Origin: Octopus vulgaris
Lineage: Eukaryota
Direction: 5' to 3'
Assembly (NCBI GenBank): GCA_951406725.2
Contig: OX597826.1
Span: 52,018,001-52,082,000 of the forward strand
DNA: 64,000 nucleotides
Under the pieces are notes generated by a model. It had not been told where the DNA came from, made no database searches, and was given only the letters and a program-made list of their open reading frames with translations. Below are positions 56,146 through 64,000 of this stretch, piece after piece; the first letter of the stretch is position 1, and each line of letters opens with the position of its first letter. The translations under genes were made by a program, and so were the position numbers.

Positions 56146-56437
56146 AGTATATCTTAAAGTATCTAATCTGATTAGGACATCATATATGTATTGCAGTAAG
56201 CAATGTGTTGATTACACAGCAAGAGCTGTGTAGTATATACGGTAGTATTACGATCACATAGCAAGTCATTAGTGCTGCATTTGGTAATACGATGTTCACC
56301 CAGCACGCACTATGTACTATGATCGGAAATAAGATAATCGTCCGGGAAGCGATACATTTGTTATTCGACTAATTTCAGTCGGCATGTTGCTCATTTGTGA
56401 TTGAAATTGACGTCTGAGATGACCAATCTATTATTAA

Positions 56438-56866
56438 CTAGCAGCATAGCCCGGCGTTTCCCGGGTATGTAAGAGCCCCTAGTAGGCAACGACTAATCCC
56501 AATCTAGTCCTTTCCCTCTAGGGAACGAAGGCGCATGTGTAGGTTGCAATGTCTTCTCTTCACTCGAATACTTCTGTGTATACGATGTTCCTAGCTGTCC
56601 CTAGCTGTCGAGTTGTGTCCCTTAGACAGAAAATGTGTTGCATATAAAAAGCTTAGATTCTCGACCCCATGTCGAATTTATCGATTCTTTTCAGAACTGG
56701 GAGAACTTTTCAAACTTTTCGCTGCGTTAGTTTTGAATTATGACATTGGGCTATGTGTGTGTCAAGTTTCATCAGAATCGGTTGAAAGCCGTGGTCAGGG
56801 TGAGGGTACAACCTGACAGACACACAGACACACAGACAGACAAACTGCCGTTTATATAGAGAAAGA
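56438..56866 (-). mobile_element. Non-autonomous Helitron
   Basis: Minus strand 5' a|TCtttctctatataaacggc and 3' cccgggaaacgccgggctatgctgCTAG|t. The termini resemble 7419-7777 but the interior differs. Confidence 0.85.
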
Positions 56867-57989
56867 TTTCAAAAGGTGACTGTTGAAGTTTGACAGCAAT
56901 GCTTTTCAATTTGAAATGTACTGGACGGGATACAGTCTATTTTCGAATAGAGTGGCATAAAGAGTTCATAAAAATTAATCCTACCAAGAAGTAAGTATAC
57001 TCGAGTGAACACTGTGAATAGGCTACATTATCCCTCCCAACCCTCCCACAACTAAAAGACCTTAAACCTTGCTTAAATATTAATACTACCCCAATTTCAA
57101 CTAGCCGCAAATAACGCGTAATACTAACATATATATATCCAATTGTCTTTGAAGACGTAACAGCCAATTGTAGGCAAATTATTACAGAAATTGATCGCTA
57201 GTTTACATGCGAAATAATCCTACATGATTGTACTTTATAAAAGAAAAAATACAGTGTTTCTATCGGCTGACATTATCATTAACAATTACTACTGTATTGG
57301 CGTGATAAAATGACCTTTGATAAGGAAAACCAACAACAACAACAACCATAACAACAACATACACTGATAAAGCTTTGAAACGTAAATCATTTTGGCACAT
57401 GAGAAAAGTACCATAATTTCATTCTATATCGGTACAGTTGGAATGATATCACAAATGCATTTGGGAAGAAATAAAACGTGAGTTTACCTGTAAGAATAGA
57501 AATAAGTAACATGCAGAAAATAGCAATAGAATCGGTCAATGTAACAAAATTGTTCTCTCAGAACATTATTTTGACATTTGATATTTCTGAGCATGGCAAC
57601 TAAAATATATATCAGTCTTTGGACTAGAATATGCGAACGTGTCCCTTTCAGAAAACAACAACGATGACGCCACCGACACCACCGCCAATACCACAACTAC
57701 CAACAACAACAACAATAACAAAAGAAACATCAACTACAACAAACACAAAAGCAACATCAACAGCAAAAAGTACAAAAACAACAACGACACTACTACTACT
57801 ACTACTGACAACAACCTTAACAACAACAACAACAACAACAACAACAATAATAATAATGATAATAATAATAATTTCTTCCTGAGGTATAAGAGCTGAAAAA
57901 GATTTTAAAAATGCAAAGATGGAATGAAGTAGAAATGTAAAAGAACACATTTATACGGAATAAATAATTAAATCATTCTCCACTCTAAA

Positions 57990-58235
57990 GGCGCATGCTC
58001 AGAGCAGATTCGCCACACTCAGTCACCTTTTAAATGATCTACTGGAAGGCAGCACTTCCCATTCGACCATCAGTTTCCTCTTGTTTAACGAAACCTGAAA
58101 ATGTTGATGAGGGGCTTATCCAAAGAGGAAGATGTCTATCTTCGACGTTTGCAGTCCTGTCTCTCACACCACTTTTTTTGACGAAACCACCAGAGTGACG
58201 AAGGCCGCCTGTCCTTTTAACAACAGCCTCAGGTC
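57990..58235 (-). mobile_element. Possible decayed L1/Tx1-type LINE 3' fragment
   Basis: Minus strand reads LWWFR...LINIFRF...KLMVEWEVLPSSRSFKR*LSVA across frames, weakly resembling Tx1-like C-termini (from recall only). Confidence 0.35.
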
Positions 58236-58369
58236 AATCTCTCATTTTTTTTTTAACTACAATACATGAAACCTTTGTCAAAACTGGATTGCAAGAGAGA
58301 CACTCACAGCCTTTGTTATTGTTGCTGTCGTTCTTTAGCCATCGGTCAGCCCTTATAAAGCAAACTTAT

Positions 58370-58723
58370 GATCAATACAACTCCAGTCGAGGCTATCACA
58401 TATTCTATTCCAACATTGTATCTCAAACTACATTATCCAACCTATACTTCCGTCTTTTTCAGGCGCTCAGACACTGCTTGTGTGGGATTTGTCAATTCTA
58501 GTAGGTTGCTCCATGGTATAAAATATATTCTATTGGCTCTTCAAAGATCAATACAAATCCAGTCGAGGCCATCACATATTTTATTCCATTATTGTATCTC
58601 AAAATGCATTATCCAACCTATACTTCCGTCTTTTTCAGGCGCTCAGACACTGCTTCTGTGGGATTTGTCAATTCTAGTAGGTTGCTCCATGGTATAAAAA
58701 ATATTCTATTGGCCCTTCAAAGA
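58370..58723. repeat. Tandem duplication, 2 x about 176 bp
   Basis: The unit gatcaatacaa.tccagtcgaggc...ctattggc.cttcaaa starts at 58370 and at 58546, with few differences. Confidence 0.92.
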
Positions 58724-59390
58724 GGTTTCGGTTGACTGGAATATTCTGTCATGATTTACAAACCCAATCATTTGGTTGTTATCATCATTGTCATCATTGT
58801 CAGCATAATCTTTTTGATCATCGTCCTCCTAGTCATAAATATCAGCTTCATCATTGATGTCACTGTTATCACAATTATCATAACTGATGGGGCAATCACT
58901 ACCATCCCCGCCATCACATCAGCTCCACCACAACCATTGTCTTTATCTTCATCATTACCATCTGTATCAGCGTCATCATGAATATTCATTAACTATGCTG
59001 TTATATTCAACTCATTTATTTGAATGTCATAAAACTGAAGGTTATTAACTGAACAATAATTCTTCCATTTTAGAGATTACATCGGATTATAACAAGCGCT
59101 GAATTGGTTTCTCCTCAAGATTCTGCCAAAGAAATGATCAGTATTGTAAAAAATAAGGAATTTACACGTCTTTTTCAAAAGAGCACCATAAGAGTAAGTT
59201 TACACTTTTTATATTATTTTTCGAGCTTAATTCCTCAAACGATTCTCTTTGATAACAAAAGAACCAGGATTTTAGATTACAGAATTATTTAGAAATATTT
59301 AATTCAGATTCTGTGTGCGAACCATAACTGTTAGTGCATGTATAATCAAGTGTATATGTAAGAAAGTCCTTATCATGTATTTCAGATATA

Positions 59391-59459
<69 letters not shown>

Positions 59460-59665
59460 GTGTGTGTAATAAAGGTGGCTGAACGCAATTTAAACCGAAA
59501 AGAAATAATTTACCGTCACTAAAATTGACCAAGGGCGCAGTAGCGTTGTTAGAAATAGGAGTTAAAAAACCCTCAGCCACAGAAAGTCACGTTCTATTTG
59601 AACTGACATATATACATGCAGATGTGTGTATATAGACTTATGTATATGTATATTCACACACACGC

Positions 59666-59712
<47 letters not shown>

Positions 59713-60154
59713 TAAAGAGTAAATGAGTAAAAAGGAAGTGTAAGTACGGTTAGGCAGCTTTTTAATTATTACTACAAATGTTTCGATACATATAGATCTA
59801 CGTATATATACAGGATTTATGCACACAAACACACACACACACACACACACGCACACACTCTAATACGTTCTTAACAGAATACACCTTAACTGTATATACA
59901 TACATACATACATATATACATAAATACATACATAAATACATACATACATACATACATACATACGTACATACATACATACATACATACATACATACATACA
60001 TACATACATACATACATACATACATCCTTACATACATAGGTGTATATATAAATGTATGTGTACATATATACATGTGTGTGCATGTATGAATCTATCTATT
60101 TATCAATCTTTCTCTTTATATCTCTCTCTGTCTCTCTGTCTCTCTGTCTCCCTC

Positions 60155-60192
<38 letters not shown>

Positions 60193-60485
60193 CCTGTGTG
60201 TATGTGTGAATTTTGTACAAAAACTAATTTTGTCAGAAATTCATTTGCTTAATATTCTTTGTACAATTTATTTGTATGCGCTACCTTAGCCTGTACTGAG
60301 TTTTTTTTTTAAAATCATTTTTATATTCCATCTGAATACATATGTACTGATATTTATAAGTGCTCGTATCTATTGAACTTAACAATTTTGTCGAGAGAGA
60401 GGAGTTTGGTATAGACTACCGCGTGTATATAGAAAATTCTAATGACTAATCTATCACTCGTTCATAGAACTCTCTCTTTTACTGT

Positions 60486-60876
60486 CTTTTACTTGTTTCA
60501 GTCATTTGACTGCGGCCATGCTGGAGCATCGCCTTTAGTCGAGCAAATCGACCCCGGGACTTATTCTTTGTAAGCCCAGTACTTATTCTATCGGTCTCTT
60601 TTGCCGAACCGCTAAGTGACGGGGACGTAAACACACCAGCATCGGTTGTCAAGCAATGCTAGGGGAACAAACACAGACACACAAACACACACACACATAC
60701 ATATATACATATATACGACAGGCTTCTTTCAGTTGCCGTCTACCAAATCCACTCACAAGGCATTGGTCGGCCCAGGGCTATAGCAGAAGACACTTGCCCA
60801 AGATGCCACGCAGTGGGACTGAACCCGGAACCATGTGGTTGGTTAGCAAGCTACTTACCACACAGCCACTCCTGCG
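60486..60876 (-). mobile_element. SINE family B, well-preserved copy
   Basis: Full colinear reverse complement of the family sequence. Confidence 0.9.
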
Positions 60877-61076
60877 CAATTTTAAATTATAACCTCGGGC
60901 AAGAGAATTTAATTATTTCACATCTCCTCCATTCTGCTATGTCCGAAGTGTAACATTTATATTTGTAGAGCCATTTACTATTAATATATTCAAGCATTCA
61001 TGGTACAATGGGCTTTGTTTCTAAATAAATTAAGTGTTTATAAATAACACGTTATAATGTGTGTGTGCATATATAT

Positions 61077-61354
61077 TTATCTTGTTTCTGTCATTAAACT
61101 GCGGCCATGCTGGCGGAAACGTCTTGAAGAATTTTAGTCGAACAAATCGATTCAAGTACTTACTATTTTTAAACCATGGTACTTATTCTATCATTCTCTT
61201 ATGCCGAACCGCTAATTTACAGGAACGTAAAACACCAACACCGGTTGTCAAGTGTTGGTGGAGAATAAACACTGACTTACACACACACACACGCACACAC
61301 ACACATACACACACACGCACTCACACACGCACACACACACACACGCACACACAC

Positions 61355-61389
<35 letters not shown>

Positions 61390-61551
61390 CGACAGGCTTT
61401 TTTCAGTTTCCAGCTATAAAATTCACTCGCAAGACTTTATTCGGCCTGAAGCTATAGTAGAAGACAGTTACCCAAGGTGCTACTTGAGACTGAACTTGGA
61501 ACCATGTGACTGGAGGAAACAACCTCCTTACCACACTGCCGCGCCTGCGCC
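61077..61551 (-). mobile_element. SINE family B, diverged copy with an expanded internal microsatellite
   Basis: actgcggccatgctgg...ccggttgtcaag...(CA)n(TA)n...gctatagtagaagaca. Confidence 0.75.
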
Positions 61552-61855
61552 CAAATATATATGTGTGTGTGTGGGTATGGGTGTGGGTGCGCGCGCTCGT
61601 AATCGATCAAATGTGCCTCCGAATCATAGGATCCTGAGGCCGGTTTCCTGGATTCTGTGGCTTATATATGAGTAGATTGCAGCAACGTGAAATGATGTGT
61701 CTTGCTCAAGAACACAATGTGTCACTTGGTCCATGAGTCGAACCTATAATTTTATGACCATGAGTGCCACTCAAAAATCTATGCTGTGCGCCTCCAAACT
61801 CACCAGTATATGTATGTGTATTAATTAAATGTATGTATGTATGTGCATATATATA

Positions 61856-61902
<47 letters not shown>

Positions 61903-62561
61903 TATATATATAAATATATATACATATATATGTGCATAAATCTATAAAAATATATATAATGTATGTATATATTTATACGTATGTATGCATGTATGTACAT
62001 ACATATAATTGTGTGTGCGCGTGTGTGTTTGTGTATGAATGTATTTACAATGATTTACAAGAATATAAGCATAATGCAAATATTTCAGGCACATTGTTTT
62101 CACAACGGTACACGCTAATAAAACGGAATACAATACTTCAAAGCAGAACTAAATGTATCATAATGTTTCAATGAAGATATGGTACACATGGACTTCTATC
62201 TGAAGGAATCCATATGTATTACACTCGATTGAGATGATAGAAGCATTTATATGGCGGCTTATTTGAATATTTAAATTGAGTGCAAAGGTCAATACTGATA
62301 AAATGAGCTCCGAGATTACATTTGAATATGGTTAATTGAGGCTACTCCTGGTTTAGTATGTGCGTTTGTATTTCCAATTATCTATCTTCTAAATATAATT
62401 AGTTCTTAAGTATTAGCTGTTGATCTAGTAAAGCAATTTTTTTCCTCTCTTCTTTTGCCTCAAACTGTTAATTGTCAAGCATAATTATATAACTGTGTGT
62501 TTGCATGTATTTGCGTCTCTGTGTATGTAGGTATGTTTGTATTTAGTTGTGTGATGTGTGC

Positions 62562-62607
<46 letters not shown>

Positions 62608-62704
62608 ATGTTGTATAAATTACGTGAGTGGGAGATGGATAAGACTGGCAAATATCTGCTTCTGTGTTCCGGCATGTATGTGTATGTATGCATGGGTGTG
62701 TGTG

Positions 62705-62706
<2 letters not shown>

Positions 62707-62782
<76 letters not shown>

Positions 62783-62811
62783 AAGAAGAAGAAGAAGAAG
62801 AAGAAGAAGAA
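62707..62811. repeat. (TAA)n(GAA)n compound microsatellite
   Basis: Direct reading. Confidence 0.95.
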
Positions 62812-63420
62812 TTATAATATATCACGAAAATGGAAGTTAGCAGGCTTTAATAATGGATCACAAGGTACGTGTCTGCACCCCACATCAGCTTGAAGTTGCT
62901 GGGTTAATATTTATATAGCGTTATGGAAGATTATTCTTAATTACTATGTATTTGAATATTGTTCAACAACAGCAATCTGCGGGTGCTCAATCGGATGAAT
63001 ACAATCAAGAACTTCTAGATTTTTCTCAATATTGTAACTCAAAGATGCCCTATAGTTTCCACCAAACAAATAATTACAGTCTGGTGGTAGGTGGTGCTTA
63101 CGAATAACAAACCAAAAACCTCATCACAATAATCGTAACTGCATCAAAAGTACCAACAGTAGCAGAGACAGCGTGACCTTCATCAACTGCTGTGAAGGAT
63201 GAGAAAGCAGCAGAGACAATAGTGTTGGTCAAATGAAAATAAATATAAAAACAAAAATAAAATCAAAGTATGATTAAAAACCTAGGATGACTTTTAACAC
63301 GTCTACGAGAAAGTATGTTAATAGGCTAAAAATAAATCTTTCAATATATGAATGTATGTTTATACCTAGATATATCTATTTCTTATATGCGTGTGTATAT
63401 GTATATGTACGCATGTATAT

Positions 63421-63462
<42 letters not shown>

Positions 63463-63558
63463 GTATATATAAATGTATTTATGTATATACATATACGTAT
63501 GAATACATATATATATATATATACAAGTATATTATGTATATATATATGTGTGTGTGTT

Positions 63559-63595
<37 letters not shown>

Positions 63596-64000
63596 ATGTA
63601 TAGCTTGCTTGAAGTGGTGTACATATTTTATACATTATGAAAGACGAGGTAGTCAGAATTTAGGATGATTATTTTGCGTTTGCACCTCGTGAGAAATGAT
63701 AATTTTACAGAAAATTTATGTTCTTTATATGTATGTGACTTTGTTGAGAAAATCTGGAGTTGAATTGGGAAGAGAATGTTTTTTTTTGTTTTGCTATTTT
63801 GAATGTATATGTATCTTTCTATATGCATATGTGTGTATATGTGTGTGAGGAATTTTTGGCGGCCTGGTGAGAGGGAGAAAAATAGAAACAAAGATAGACA
63901 GGATGAAAGAAAGAAGGATAGAAAAAGAAGGAAGAAAAAAGAAAGTAAGTTTTTTTTTTTCTGAGACGGTTGCAATTGTTTACGTCAAATTCGACTTAAG

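Noticed and set aside
56842-56853. 11-bp aacggcagttt shared between the Helitron 5' end and the MITE TIR
   Set aside because: Too short, and the elements are otherwise unrelated, so it is likely chance.
57631-57896. Thr-rich mucin-like and Asn-rich ORFs
   Set aside because: Degenerate (CAA)n/(TAA)n repeats.

Overview
AT-rich, microsatellite-saturated animal genomic DNA. The SINE families and repeat load suggest an octopus or other coleoid cephalopod (inference). The only supported host gene is a + strand NMDA-type (GluN3-like) ionotropic glutamate receptor: two clear exons (6105-6255 and 13844-14134, encoding the S2 ligand-binding lobe and M4) and one weak candidate next exon at 34617. The rest is intronic or intergenic and dense with mobile DNA: (TAA)n-embedded Dong/R4-type REL LINEs (one with a long uninterrupted ORF), RTE 3' ends (one with three C2H2 fingers), two abundant tRNA-derived SINE families (one nesting into itself, one carrying internal microsatellites), decayed mariner and Tc1 transposons, non-autonomous Helitrons, a Helentron-like element, a MITE carrying TTAGGG repeats, and Penelope-type hammerhead-like motifs. 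Most entries in the ORF track are microsatellite artefacts. No clearly new biological system is established. The best leads are the transposon interactions and the RNA-structure elements listed under findings.
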